The position numbers and the translations under genes were made by a program. 64,000 bases of DNA from a virus. The notes under the pieces are model-generated. The model was not told the DNA's origin. It made no database searches and saw only the letters and a list, made by a program, of their open reading frames with translations. The stretch is from the IMG/VR virus record IMGVR_UViG_3300042197_001567, positions 1 to 64,000 of that record. One strand, 5' to 3'. How positions within the stretch are numbered: the first letter of the stretch is position 1; the number at the start of each line of letters is the position of its first letter. This document shows positions 29,231 through 39,447 of the stretch, piece by piece.

Positions 29231-29662
29231 TTATTGGTGTTTTTGAGTTTCTTGAAGTATTTTTTGGTAGATTTTATCTAGAGTGTTTTTAATATTTGTT
29301 TTTATTTCTTTTTCAGTTGTAATACGTCGTTTCTCTGTTTCTGTATCATATAAATATAAAACTCTATCAAAATCTCTAGCTGAAAGTTTTACATCATAGT
29401 GAAATATGTGGTTTGTAATTTCAACCTTACCGTAGTCAATGATGATAAACAAATTTAAAGTTTCATTTAAAATGTATCTCTTATTTGTTAGAGGAGCTAT
29501 GGTAAAAACTGAATCTTGATGTGAAATAAGTTTTACACAAATTTTGAATGCTGTTTTTTCATGAAGTTCTAACTCTTCATGAGTTTTCATTGAGGATTTA
29601 CGATTGAGTTTTTCTACAAATACTCTAAACCTTTTATAAAATTTTAAAATTTTTTTTTTCAT
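29231..29662 (-). CDS. Hypothetical protein (start revised from 29743 to 29662)
   Basis: ATG at 29662 lies just downstream of a Bacteroidota-type promoter; the longer ORF overlaps the upstream gene. Confidence 0.7.
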   Translation of the reverse strand: MKKKILKFYKRFRVFVEKLNRKSSMKTHEELELHEKTAFKICVKLISHQDSVFTIAPLTNKRYILNETLNLFIIIDYGKVEITNHIFHYDVKLSARDFDRVLYLYDTETEKRRITTEKEIKTNIKNTLDKIYQKILQETQKHQ

Positions 29663-29687
29663 ATATTGGTGTTTTGTGGTTGTTCTA

Positions 29688-29719
29688 CAAATATATGAAA
29701 TAAATCTAATTAATTCAAA
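29688..29719 (-). promoter_or_regulatory. Bacteroidota primary-sigma promoter
   Basis: TTTG-N20-TATATTTG on the minus strand. Confidence 0.7.
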
Positions 29720-30189
29720 ATTAATGATAAAAAATTTTTCCAAGTTTCTAAATCATTTTTATTTCTACCTATGTTTGCAGAATAACAACACAGAACAACA
29801 TTATCTTTAGTATATCCTTTATTATTATCTAATCTATCTAAAGATGGTTGTTGTGGATGTTTTTTTTGATGGGAAGGTATTAAAGGTATTTTAAACCAAT
29901 GACAAAGACCGTTTTGTTTCTCCATCATTTCATTGATGTCGTCAACGGTTAACGTACATTCTATTTTTCTATGTTTTGAGTCATGAATAAGAGTGTTTTG
30001 CCACAATCTAACCCTTCTTTCTTTTTGTAAGATCCCTTCTCTTTTTCTGTGTTCCGGATCTAATCTTTTCTTTCTTTTATATTCTCGTGTTACTTTTAAA
30101 ATACATTCTTTACATTTATTTCCTCTTTGAGTTTTATAAAAATCAGTTATAGATTTTATTTTTCCGCATTTACTACATTGTTGATCCAT
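29710..30189 (-). mobile_element. HNH-like endonuclease with N-terminal Zn finger (start revised to 30189)
   Basis: CSKC...CKEC; QNGLCHW; SLDRLDNNKGYTKDNVVLCCYSANIG; TATTTAT 4 nt upstream of the ATG. Confidence 0.75.
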
Positions 30190-30250
30190 ACTAATAAATA
30201 TACGGATAAACATAAAATTCAAAAAAAGAGATATTAATTTCTTTTATTCT

Positions 30251-30718
30251 TTAACAAAACGCACCTGAACACCTTCTTTTTCCGTCGAGTCCTTTGATTT
30301 TTCCTTTGCATACTTGAACGGCGTGACCATTACTATAAGCGGAGGGGTGAACGTCATATTTCGCTTTAGCAGATGCTAAACCTCTTGCGCAAAGTTTAGT
30401 TCCTGTTTTTTTACGACCCTCCATCATTACCATATCTTCATCGTCTATATTCATGGACATTTGCATACCATGTTTTTTTGTTTCATTCATTAAAAAATCA
30501 AAAACTTGATCCATATTATTTTTTGCCTCACTGATATGATCTTGAGCCCAGTCGTGACCACTATCAAGGATTTCTTCAATCATAGAATGGTCCATTTCTA
30601 ATAACATATCACATTGTCTTCTCATTTGTTGCAAGTTCGAAAAGAACATGTATCTTGATGATTCACCATCGTGACTTTCTCTAATAACTTTTTTTATAAT
30701 TCTTTCTAACCTATCCAT
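30251..30718 (-). CDS. Hypothetical protein (possible head-packaged protein)
   Basis: IIKKVIRE N-terminal motif; DWAQDHIS; C-terminal CARG..AK.KYDVHPSAYSNG..VQVC. Confidence 0.75.
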   Translation of the reverse strand: MDRLERIIKKVIRESHDGESSRYMFFSNLQQMRRQCDMLLEMDHSMIEEILDSGHDWAQDHISEAKNNMDQVFDFLMNETKKHGMQMSMNIDDEDMVMMEGRKKTGTKLCARGLASAKAKYDVHPSAYSNGHAVQVCKGKIKGLDGKRRCSGAFC

Positions 30719-30720
30719 GA

Positions 30721-30894
30721 CTATCCATTTAATCCATTTCCTGATCCGATAAGTACCATGTTTAGTTGTGTGACCGAATCACCAGCACCATTTGTCCAAA
30801 TCGGATGCGGAGGTACTACCGCTGTTGATCCAGTAAATTCACAATCTGGAACACAAATAAAAGTTTCTGTATTTGCACTTAAAGATTCTCCCAT
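30721..30894 (-). CDS. 57-aa small protein not in the ORF track (MGESLSANTETFICVPDC...GNGLNG)
   Basis: ATG at 30894 to TAG at 30721, fills the gap in a minus-strand operon, TATTTAT at 30909-30915. Confidence 0.7.
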   Translation of the reverse strand: MGESLSANTETFICVPDCEFTGSTAVVPPHPIWTNGAGDSVTQLNMVLIGSGNGLNG

Positions 30895-30918
30895 AATTAA
30901 TTTTATTTATAAATATCT

Positions 30919-32376
30919 TTATTTTTTGTTTACGATTTGAAATTTCAAAGTTCTTTTATATGTGTTAATTTCTCCACTCGAAATAACTTTCATATCTATG
31001 TAATATTCGTTTGGTATTTTATCTCTTGTATCAAACATTAAATAATATTCCGTAGGTGTTCTATTAAGTTTTGTCCAGTCTTGAACTTGGACTTCAGTTT
31101 GTCCCTCTCTAACATAAACTCTATAATAGGCTTCTACTTTTGGTAATCTTTTATTTGTTGTATATGCTTGTTTTATAATGACACTGACTTTTCTCATGTC
31201 GGTGTTTAAAATTTTCTCATCTTGTTTTATACCATAAAAATCAAAACCATAAGTTTTTGGTTCTGTGGACACCACCCCAATTTGTAAAGTTTTTGATATT
31301 GGGTAAACCGTAAATTCATTAACAACATTCGGTAATGAAAACCCATTCAATTTAATGTTTGACCAAGTATCTGATAAAGAACAATTTGGTGGAAATCCAA
31401 CAAGTGGTGGAATTGTAACCTCATAAACTCCTTGTGTTCTTACACAACTTGGCATATTAATTAAACCAGGTATTGCATTTCCATTACCATCTTTAATTGT
31501 CACCAAAGGATTCTCGTCCAAATTTATAAAGTTACCATCTTCATATGAATACAAATAAAGTTTATTTGCCTTACCTAATGAAAAAGTATATCTATCATCT
31601 TCAATTAAATCATTATACGATGTTTCAAGACGAGGTTCATAAAAGGTTTGTGTGTGTCTTGAAAAGAAACCAACATAATAAGCCTTTGTGGTACCAGTAA
31701 GTAATTCTAACTCTGGAAGGTATGATATTCCCCACCCAGCAGGATTTTGAATAGATCCGTTAAGAACTGAATTAATTTCATTTGTCATGTCAAATTCAAT
31801 ATCCTCATTTCCAAACTCAAAATGTTGTATATCAACTATGGTTAATGCCGAATAATTGAAAATTCCTTTATTTTGGTTGTCATATATCCCCTCTTGCTCC
31901 CAATTATCTATTGTTTGTCTTTGAACCCAGTTTGATGGTCTTGTTGAATAATTTCTATCTCCGGGTAAGGAATCTAAATCTGTAAAGTCATACCCCACAC
32001 CTTCATCCCAGTATTGAGGTTGATTTGGATTATTTTCAATATATGGTATTCTCCAAAGAATCAAATCGAAAGAAATTCCTCTTTCTTTTTCTTCGGATGT
32101 TTCTGTATTTAAAAAGTCTCTTGAAAATGTACTTGTGTTTGTCATTCTCAAAATGTGTTTCACATCATCATCACATTGTCCTGAAATAATTTTATTTTGA
32201 TATTTTTTTCTTAAAGAATTTAAATCAATATCAAAAATGCATCTGGAAAACCCATATGGGTATTTTATATTTCCATCACCATAATATAACTCAATAATTG
32301 GATTTCTTCCAGTATTAGTTAATCCTGTAAAAACTATGGTATTATTTCTATTTAAATACGAATTATGAATTGACAT
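30919..32376 (-). CDS. Hypothetical, probably structural beta-rich protein
   Basis: 485 aa; WDEGVG, FFSRHTQTFYEP; Ig-like C-terminus (inference). Confidence 0.65.
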   Translation of the reverse strand: MSIHNSYLNRNNTIVFTGLTNTGRNPIIELYYGDGNIKYPYGFSRCIFDIDLNSLRKKYQNKIISGQCDDDVKHILRMTNTSTFSRDFLNTETSEEKERGISFDLILWRIPYIENNPNQPQYWDEGVGYDFTDLDSLPGDRNYSTRPSNWVQRQTIDNWEQEGIYDNQNKGIFNYSALTIVDIQHFEFGNEDIEFDMTNEINSVLNGSIQNPAGWGISYLPELELLTGTTKAYYVGFFSRHTQTFYEPRLETSYNDLIEDDRYTFSLGKANKLYLYSYEDGNFINLDENPLVTIKDGNGNAIPGLINMPSCVRTQGVYEVTIPPLVGFPPNCSLSDTWSNIKLNGFSLPNVVNEFTVYPISKTLQIGVVSTEPKTYGFDFYGIKQDEKILNTDMRKVSVIIKQAYTTNKRLPKVEAYYRVYVREGQTEVQVQDWTKLNRTPTEYYLMFDTRDKIPNEYYIDMKVISSGEINTYKRTLKFQIVNKK

Positions 32377-32396
32377 TTACTTTTTTATTATAAATA

Positions 32397-33920
32397 TCAA
32401 TTAATTCGAATATTTTGATTAAGAACTGTTTTGTATGCGTTATTAAATGCGGTTTCAATCTGCGAAACTGTAACCGAGTTTAGTGGTTCTTGGATTGGAG
32501 CTTCGTTTATATTGTGGGTGTGACTTGTCAAAAAAGAAACAATAAGTCGAAGTAATTTTAAAAGTTCTTCACCTCTTACCATCGAATTGGTACTTTTTAA
32601 TATTTCATCTGTAAATTTTTCTTGTGGAATACCATAGAGTGTATTACTTAAATTAATTGGGTTGGTTCCTGGAATGACTGATCGATGAGACAACAAATAA
32701 AGAAAATCACCACCTACAGATGCGTAAGTTACTGGTGATTCTTTATATTCTGATTTTTCGATTTCATCTTCAATTGTTGTTGTTTGAGGCCCAACGGTAT
32801 TTTTAGACCAGATCACTGCAAATCCAACTTCATTGCTTACTTCAAATAGTTTAACATTGTTGTAAATTGCCGATATAAAGTTAGATTCAATCGGGTCATT
32901 TCCAATCATTTTATCGTAAGTTAATAATGAAGGTGCAAAAACAAAAGGAAATTGATCGTTCAAAAATCCATTATTTGGGTATTCGTTATAACCATTTATA
33001 TTTATTTTTCCTTTGTTGTAACCTTTTATATATTGGTTGATAAATTGACTAGCTTGACTTATAGTTAAACCACTAAATTCCATTTTGGAATTTGGTACCG
33101 GTAAACATTGTGCGTACGATAAAAGAGAAATTTCAAACGTAGATACAGTTGTTCCGTTTCCTTGTAGTATTGGTATGATTGTGTTTACCTCAACACTTCC
33201 GTTTACGGTTTGACTATTAATGTCGATTGTATCTATTGACCATTTAATAAAGTTCTTTAACTGTAAATCGTTATACTCTTCACTTGTTATTGTTTCTGTT
33301 CCGGTACTTACTTTTTCTAAATCATAAAAAGATAACTGAACAAATGACCTATTATCATTAAGTTTAATCTGTGGAGAATCCGGTCTTTCATTGTTAACAG
33401 AATTTGTGTATTTACCAGATCTTAATATTATGTCTTGGGTTTTTAATAATAGATCTGTATTTCCTCTTCCTAAAATTGCATTATCTCCAGGTAATGGATA
33501 TATTCCTGTAATTTCTTTTTGTATTTCTCCGGTTTCGGGATCTCTAATATTATCCGCCTGTTTTATATAGTCCCCGTTTGCAAGCATCGCTTGAGAACTA
33601 TTAAATGACTCATAGTAATTATTCCACGGTCTTGTTATAGGTCCTTGAATATAAAACTTATTCCAGTCTTTGGTTTCGTCTCTTGTCGAATATATAACTC
33701 CGACATATTCACCAACTTTTGGTACTTGACTTATGTAATAAGGTAAAAGTGGTAAGCAAACAAAAGGATCTAATTTTGTCCATTCTTGTTTTTTTTCTGG
33801 TTGATTTTGAATCTCATTTTCGATTTTTGGTAATACTCTAATTCTACCTAACATCAAAGGATCATTAACATCTAAAACAAGACCAGGGACTATTATTCTT
33901 TTATCATAAATTGCTGACAC
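32397..33920 (-). CDS. Baseplate hub / gp5-VgrG-like OB-fold protein
   Basis: VLDVNDPLMLGRIRV...P.VGE.V N-terminus; GD.AILGRGN; VRGEEL; HTH near C-terminus. Confidence 0.65.
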   Translation of the reverse strand: MSAIYDKRIIVPGLVLDVNDPLMLGRIRVLPKIENEIQNQPEKKQEWTKLDPFVCLPLLPYYISQVPKVGEYVGVIYSTRDETKDWNKFYIQGPITRPWNNYYESFNSSQAMLANGDYIKQADNIRDPETGEIQKEITGIYPLPGDNAILGRGNTDLLLKTQDIILRSGKYTNSVNNERPDSPQIKLNDNRSFVQLSFYDLEKVSTGTETITSEEYNDLQLKNFIKWSIDTIDINSQTVNGSVEVNTIIPILQGNGTTVSTFEISLLSYAQCLPVPNSKMEFSGLTISQASQFINQYIKGYNKGKININGYNEYPNNGFLNDQFPFVFAPSLLTYDKMIGNDPIESNFISAIYNNVKLFEVSNEVGFAVIWSKNTVGPQTTTIEDEIEKSEYKESPVTYASVGGDFLYLLSHRSVIPGTNPINLSNTLYGIPQEKFTDEILKSTNSMVRGEELLKLLRLIVSFLTSHTHNINEAPIQEPLNSVTVSQIETAFNNAYKTVLNQNIRIN

Positions 33921-34128
33921 CGTTTCGTTTTTTGTATTCTTTTAATAATGAATTATAAGTAATTTCTAATTTATCTAAATGGTCCGTCATTTTGATTAAT
34001 TGTTCTTTTGTGTGATCAAAATCCGCTTTGACAAAATTCATTGCAAGTTCCAAATCTTTGTTTGGCCTTTCTCTTCTTTCCGAAATTATTTTTAAGACCT
34101 CATCTGATGTAATTTTTTGTCTATTCAT
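33904..34128 (-). CDS. Hypothetical coiled-coil protein
   Basis: 74-aa ORF in operon. Confidence 0.7.
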   Translation of the reverse strand: MNRQKITSDEVLKIISERRERPNKDLELAMNFVKADFDHTKEQLIKMTDHLDKLEITYNSLLKEYKKRNGVSNL

Positions 34129-34131
34129 TAT

Positions 34132-36138
34132 TTATAATTTTTTACCATAACATAAACCAGGAGCTGTCATACCAATTGGTGTGACAGTAAACCCTAAACA
34201 AGCAATTTCCGTTTTTCCGTTTTCGGCCTCCTCTTTATCGATACCATCAACAATTGCCTTAACTGCTGCCATAAATTTATTTGGAGAACCATCTGCCATT
34301 GGACCTGTCGGTATTCCAACGCTTTCGAACTCACCCACAATGCCAGAATATGCTCTAGAAGATGAAAACCCATCCATAAATTTGGAGGCCGCTAATAAAG
34401 GTAAAGGTATGTCATTTCCACCACCTCCAAAAATTTTTGTAGTTAGTTTCAATAATCTTTGCAATTCATCAATTACACTTTTACATTCTCTAATATCAAC
34501 CACTAAATCATAAAGTGTTGTTATTATTTCTGTAAGAGCTAAAATTATTTTGACCCTTTTATTATTTTTTTCATTTTTAATATCCGCAATTACATCTTTA
34601 ATTAATTTTTTGATATCTTGTACGACTGAATCAAAAATTATTTTTACAAAAATACCACCTATTTTAGATACCACTTGAACAAAAAAGTTTTTAAACTTTT
34701 GTGAAAACTCTGTATAACTTTTTATTGTGTCTAAACTATTATTACCCAAAGATTTTAGAACAATTGCAAATGGTAATAAAGTTTTTGGGGATATAAGAGC
34801 ATTAATAACCGCCTTTGGTAATTCTTTGATAAATTCTAAATCTAAATTTATTTGTATTGGTAACCAGTCTGGATTTTCAGTAATTGATGTTGTGAAATCA
34901 ACCGCATCGTCAATATTGTTATTATTATTTGATCCTGGCACAAAATTCAAATTACCAACTGCAGATATTGCCGCAGATGAATTAACAGGTAATTTGATGT
35001 TATCACATGTTGCAAACACAGCAACTCTATTTTGAATATTAGTCAGAGTTTCATCTATAAAATTCAAATCTATTTCTGAAAATTCAAAAAAAGAATCGTC
35101 CAAATTATCTAACTCTGATAGTTTTGCTGACCCAGATACGTCTATTTCTTTATTAGGATCAAAACATAATCCTAATATTCTTTGAATTATTAGTAATATT
35201 TTTTGATATTCGATGATATCATTTTGACCATCAGATTTTTCAATTGATAAAGCTCCGACCAATTGATTTATTAAATTTGCAAATATATTTTTGAAATCTA
35301 AAACTTCTATAGTTTTATAATAATCTTTTAAAAATTGTTTGACTACATTTCCAGTCACTCTATTTGCCAAATTAATTTTTAAAAAATTACCATTATTACC
35401 AAGATTATCAATATCAACATATGTCATATTGAATAAATCTTGAGTTGATTGACCTTTATATTGAGATCCGTATTGGACTGAAAATGGTTGGTTTATGTTT
35501 TGTATTCTGTTGTAAATTTCCTTGTTCATAGGAAATGGATTAGATGGATACGATAAGTTTTTTTGTTCATATATAATTTTACCAACATCACTAGTCGGGT
35601 CTTGCTTCAACATCCCTAAAAAATCTATTGACTGTAATTTTATGTATAAATCTTGGTTTGGGGTAAATGTTTGATTTTCCGAACATCCCGCGGCTTTTAA
35701 AATTTCATTCTCTAATAATTTTAATATTTCCGGTTTTAAACCCTCAATTCCAATTATAAATTTTCTTATTATGTATTTTTTTACGTCTCTATCTTCAGAA
35801 TGTTTTTTTTCAAAGTCATATAGTTTTTTTTCTAAATTAGTAGATAAACTATCTATTGTGGATTTAACTAAATCATCCGAAGACTCGAGTTTTAAATTCA
35901 AAAGTTCATCGAGTTGTGTTTTGAATTTTTCTTTTGACTTATTAAATTTCTTTTTTTTGGCTTTATATTTTTCACTATATTTTTCGTATCTTTTTGTTAA
36001 CTGCTCTTTCTTTTTTTCAAATGAATCACCATGTTTTTTTTTAAGTTTTTTGTAATCCGCTTGCAGTTGTTTAAATCTTTTGGTGTTTTTTATTTTTTTA
36101 CCGATTTCATCATAACCGTCTTCGATATCAATTGCCAT
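34132..36138 (-). CDS. Hypothetical protein (possibly tail/baseplate associated)
   Basis: 668-aa ORF adjacent to the hub gene. Confidence 0.7.
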   Translation of the reverse strand: MAIDIEDGYDEIGKKIKNTKRFKQLQADYKKLKKKHGDSFEKKKEQLTKRYEKYSEKYKAKKKKFNKSKEKFKTQLDELLNLKLESSDDLVKSTIDSLSTNLEKKLYDFEKKHSEDRDVKKYIIRKFIIGIEGLKPEILKLLENEILKAAGCSENQTFTPNQDLYIKLQSIDFLGMLKQDPTSDVGKIIYEQKNLSYPSNPFPMNKEIYNRIQNINQPFSVQYGSQYKGQSTQDLFNMTYVDIDNLGNNGNFLKINLANRVTGNVVKQFLKDYYKTIEVLDFKNIFANLINQLVGALSIEKSDGQNDIIEYQKILLIIQRILGLCFDPNKEIDVSGSAKLSELDNLDDSFFEFSEIDLNFIDETLTNIQNRVAVFATCDNIKLPVNSSAAISAVGNLNFVPGSNNNNNIDDAVDFTTSITENPDWLPIQINLDLEFIKELPKAVINALISPKTLLPFAIVLKSLGNNSLDTIKSYTEFSQKFKNFFVQVVSKIGGIFVKIIFDSVVQDIKKLIKDVIADIKNEKNNKRVKIILALTEIITTLYDLVVDIRECKSVIDELQRLLKLTTKIFGGGGNDIPLPLLAASKFMDGFSSSRAYSGIVGEFESVGIPTGPMADGSPNKFMAAVKAIVDGIDKEEAENGKTEIACLGFTVTPIGMTAPGLCYGKKL

Positions 36139-36140
36139 AA

Positions 36141-36509
36141 CTATTTTTTGAATTTATATTGATTATCTGACGCATCTTTATCTATTAATGATTTCATAAC
36201 GTCATCGTCCAAATCTAAATCAGATAGGGTAAAATCATCTTCCTTTTCGTTTGATTTTTGCCATATTTGGGCTTGGAGTTTTGAAAGAGATAATTTTTTT
36301 TCAACACAGTCATTAATAATTTTTTGTTGTTTTTCAATTACAGGACCAATAAGAGTCATATCTTCAGGTTCTTTCATCATTGTCAACATTTTATTTTGAA
36401 TTCTAATTGCAGTACTTCTTTGTTCTACAAGTTCATTATAGATTTCCTGCATCAATGATACCATTGAATCTTTAGATAAATTAATTTCTTTTTTTTGTGG
36501 TCTTGGCAT
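36141..36509 (-). CDS. Hypothetical protein (start revised to MPRPQKK at 36509)
   Basis: TATTTAT at 36514-36520 just upstream of the ATG at 36509. Confidence 0.7.
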   Translation of the reverse strand: MPRPQKKEINLSKDSMVSLMQEIYNELVEQRSTAIRIQNKMLTMMKEPEDMTLIGPVIEKQQKIINDCVEKKLSLSKLQAQIWQKSNEKEDDFTLSDLDLDDDVMKSLIDKDASDNQYKFKK

Positions 36510-36520
36510 ATCTATAAATA

Positions 36521-37270
36521 TCAATCTTTAAAAATTTCCTGTATCAAGTCTACGTATATTTTTTTATATCGTTTCATACAAATTCTAATTTCTTTTGTTG
36601 TTAAGTTTGTCATTTCACGTAATTCAAAAAGAATAACATTTTTATTGAACTTATTATTGTTTGATTCTGGTAATAAATTTTTATAATTATCAAATAAATC
36701 TGAAATTGCTCTACCAAGTTTTTTTTCTTCTTCTGTTATTTTTTTATCGTTCATATTATCATAAAGTTTTTTTTTAAACTTTTTAATAATTTCTTCAGTC
36801 GATATTTCCTCTTCATCAATAAAATATATTAAATCCGGGTTGTTTTGAATATCAGAAGATATATCTTCGTATGAAACTTTTCTGTTCATTTCTTTCTGAT
36901 CTTTCATTATTTGACCCATCAAATAATTTTTACATATAGTTCCAAAATATGAATAAGCCTTTTTTTCTTTCGAAGGTTTGAACTTATCAATTTTGGTCAT
37001 CAAAAAAGAATGTGTATCATTATGAATCTCATTATAATTCATATCCTTCCTATACAATTTGTATCTTCTTATTATGGAAGATATCATTTTATCTAAAGGG
37101 TGCCTTAAAAATTCATTATATATTTTATTTTTATCTTCAAAAGAATCGGCGATTAAAAACTCTCTAACCGCCAATTCTTCTTTTTCCGCAAAATAATTTG
37201 TATTATTAGGCTTTCTACCTTTCCTTTTCTTTGTCTCACAATCTAAACAATTCTCATCTTTTTGTAACAT
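36521..37270 (-). CDS. Late-transcription sigma factor (T4 gp55-like)
   Basis: NYF N-terminus; KIDKFKPSK.KKAYSYFGTICKNYL resembles the gp55/sigma region-2 motif (F.P.K...F.YFT.I). Confidence 0.7.
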   Translation of the reverse strand: MLQKDENCLDCETKKRKGRKPNNTNYFAEKEELAVREFLIADSFEDKNKIYNEFLRHPLDKMISSIIRRYKLYRKDMNYNEIHNDTHSFLMTKIDKFKPSKEKKAYSYFGTICKNYLMGQIMKDQKEMNRKVSYEDISSDIQNNPDLIYFIDEEEISTEEIIKKFKKKLYDNMNDKKITEEEKKLGRAISDLFDNYKNLLPESNNNKFNKNVILFELREMTNLTTKEIRICMKRYKKIYVDLIQEIFKD

Positions 37271-38076
37271 TAAACAGTTTCGGGTTCATATTTTATTTCT
37301 CTATCTTTTATGTAGAAATATTCTTTTTTTGCTGAATCAATCCAAAACTTTACCTCATCTTCAGACAAACGATCATCACCATTCTTATAGTTCCAAAAAA
37401 TCGAACCAGTTCGAAGATTCATATGTTTATATCCGATTTTTGGGATTGTCATAATTTTAGTTGAGTTTTGAGTAAGTCTCAAAAACAATTCATAACCAAA
37501 AGTTAATTTAATCGATGGTTTAAGCCCACCATTAATTAGAAAAGAATCTCTTTTTATAACCATTCCAGAAATTTGAAAATTTTGATAGGTCAAGAGAGTG
37601 TCATTGGATAAAATCCCAATATCTGAAGATATATTAGCTGCAAATGTTGCTTCGTTTGTAAATCCCACAAAAACACCTTTGTCATCAACATCAACAACTA
37701 CTGGTAAAAATGCATCATAATCTTGATATATACTCATATAATTTTTTACATTTTTAAACCAAATATTTGAGTACTCATCATCAAACTCTAAAATACTTAC
37801 CCATTCGGAAGTTGCTTTTTCGACTCCAAGATTTACCTGGCTTGAGAAATTGGGCGATCCTTCATGTTCATAAATTTTTACATTGATACCTTCGAAATTA
37901 AATGACTCAACATAATTTTTAAAATTATCTTCGCCAGAATGAACGATAACTAATTCATTTACTTGTTCACTTTGGTTTTTTACCGACAAAATACATTTTT
38001 CGAAAAATTCATCAAAATCTGAAGTGTTTCTTGTCTTAATTGGTAATATTACTGATATTGTGTTCATGTGTTCCAT
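37270..38076 (-). CDS. Glycosyltransferase family 2
   Basis: ISVILP, SV..Q, N.GVE.ATSEWVSILEFDD. Confidence 0.8.
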   Translation of the reverse strand: MEHMNTISVILPIKTRNTSDFDEFFEKCILSVKNQSEQVNELVIVHSGEDNFKNYVESFNFEGINVKIYEHEGSPNFSSQVNLGVEKATSEWVSILEFDDEYSNIWFKNVKNYMSIYQDYDAFLPVVVDVDDKGVFVGFTNEATFAANISSDIGILSNDTLLTYQNFQISGMVIKRDSFLINGGLKPSIKLTFGYELFLRLTQNSTKIMTIPKIGYKHMNLRTGSIFWNYKNGDDRLSEDEVKFWIDSAKKEYFYIKDREIKYEPETV

Positions 38077-38077
38077 A

Positions 38078-39139
38078 TTATTGTATAGTTTCTAATTTAT
38101 TTAATTGATCCTCAAATGAAGCGGATCTTTTGTCAAAGATTTCTGAAAAAACTTCAACAACATTTTTTTGAAATTTCTCATAGCTGCTATATTCAGATGA
38201 TGTTGTTTCCATACTAGAATACAACTCTGGATTAATATTATCTTCTAACCAGTTTTGTACAAAATCAGCAACAACATCAACAACAGAGTTTTTATTAACT
38301 AACCATAATCCGTTGTCTTCGTTTAACCAGTTTGGTTGTACATAAGGTAAAACACCAATTACCGGGATACCCATTTTCATAGACTCCAACGGAAATGTAC
38401 CAAAACTACTTGTTGGGTCTATCCAGATAGAAACAAAACTATCTTTCATTGCCTCACTGAATTGTTTTTCGGTTAACCCTCTCAAATCTCTGAAAGTAAT
38501 CCACCGATATTGTGGAAACCTTGCGTAAAATTCTTTAATTATATTGGCAGTATCACGTTGATCCCTAGTGTGCATTGAGATTATTGTTTTTGCAGGAGTT
38601 TCACTTTTCTGAAAACATTCTGATATAACAGGATTGATAATATCAAAAGATACTTTTCTCATAATTTTTTCAATGTGTGATTTTTGACTTTCGGATGTTG
38701 TAATACATTTGAAAAAACCTAACTGTGACCAGGTTTGTCCAGGTTGTAATGTTTCGAACATGTGATCATATGCTTGAGTTAAAACAATTTTTCCACACGG
38801 AAGATTTTTTACTTGTTCCATAATATATCCAAATATTTCAGGAACAATAAGTAAATCATCTGGAGATATTTCAAGATTACCTTCATCTATTGATTTGTGA
38901 GGTAAAGTGTCCATATAATAAGACCCTAACCATTCACCAACACCAATATATTCTTTTGTTTCATGTAGGATAATTGGATTATATCCATTTTCTTTTAATG
39001 TTAGAGCCATTTGATATGTGTGTCTAACAGATGCTCTAGCATTTCCTTTTGTGTCTTGGACTACAAAGTAAATTCTAGATCTTTTGTCTTTCATATTAGA
39101 AATTGATTTTTCTAACTTCTTGATTTGTTCTGTATTCAT
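38078..39139 (-). CDS. GT-B fold glycosyltransferase (GT4-like)
   Basis: IVPE; SFGTFPLESMKMGIPVIG. Confidence 0.75.
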   Translation of the reverse strand: MNTEQIKKLEKSISNMKDKRSRIYFVVQDTKGNARASVRHTYQMALTLKENGYNPIILHETKEYIGVGEWLGSYYMDTLPHKSIDEGNLEISPDDLLIVPEIFGYIMEQVKNLPCGKIVLTQAYDHMFETLQPGQTWSQLGFFKCITTSESQKSHIEKIMRKVSFDIINPVISECFQKSETPAKTIISMHTRDQRDTANIIKEFYARFPQYRWITFRDLRGLTEKQFSEAMKDSFVSIWIDPTSSFGTFPLESMKMGIPVIGVLPYVQPNWLNEDNGLWLVNKNSVVDVVADFVQNWLEDNINPELYSSMETTSSEYSSYEKFQKNVVEVFSEIFDKRSASFEDQLNKLETIQ

Positions 39140-39147
39140 ATTTTATA

Positions 39148-39447
39148 TTATAATTTGTTTATTATTTCTTTCATTAAAAGTGAATTAAATGCAATCTTAA
39201 ATGGGATTGTTAATTCGCTGTTATTTGGTCCTAACTTTTCATCAACATCGTGTGATTCTGTCAATACAGTTTCTAAAAGGTTTTTTATTAATTCATATTT
39301 AACTAAATGAATTTGTGCTTCTTCTTTAGGTTCTGTATTTTCCATTTCTACATCCTCGATTTCTGACTCAATCGGAACTTTAATTTGTACGTATTCATCA
39401 ATTCTATCGATGTCAACATAGTAAGTTTCATTAAATATTTTAAACAT
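39148..39447 (-). CDS. Hypothetical protein
   Basis: 99-aa ORF in operon. Confidence 0.75.
   Translation of the reverse strand: MFKIFNETYYVDIDRIDEYVQIKVPIESEIEDVEMENTEPKEEAQIHLVKYELIKNLLETVLTESHDVDEKLGPNNSELTIPFKIAFNSLLMKEIINKL

Noticed and set aside
30758-30940. Plus-strand 60-aa ORF
   Set aside because: Antisense to a better-supported minus-strand 57-aa gene in a minus-strand operon
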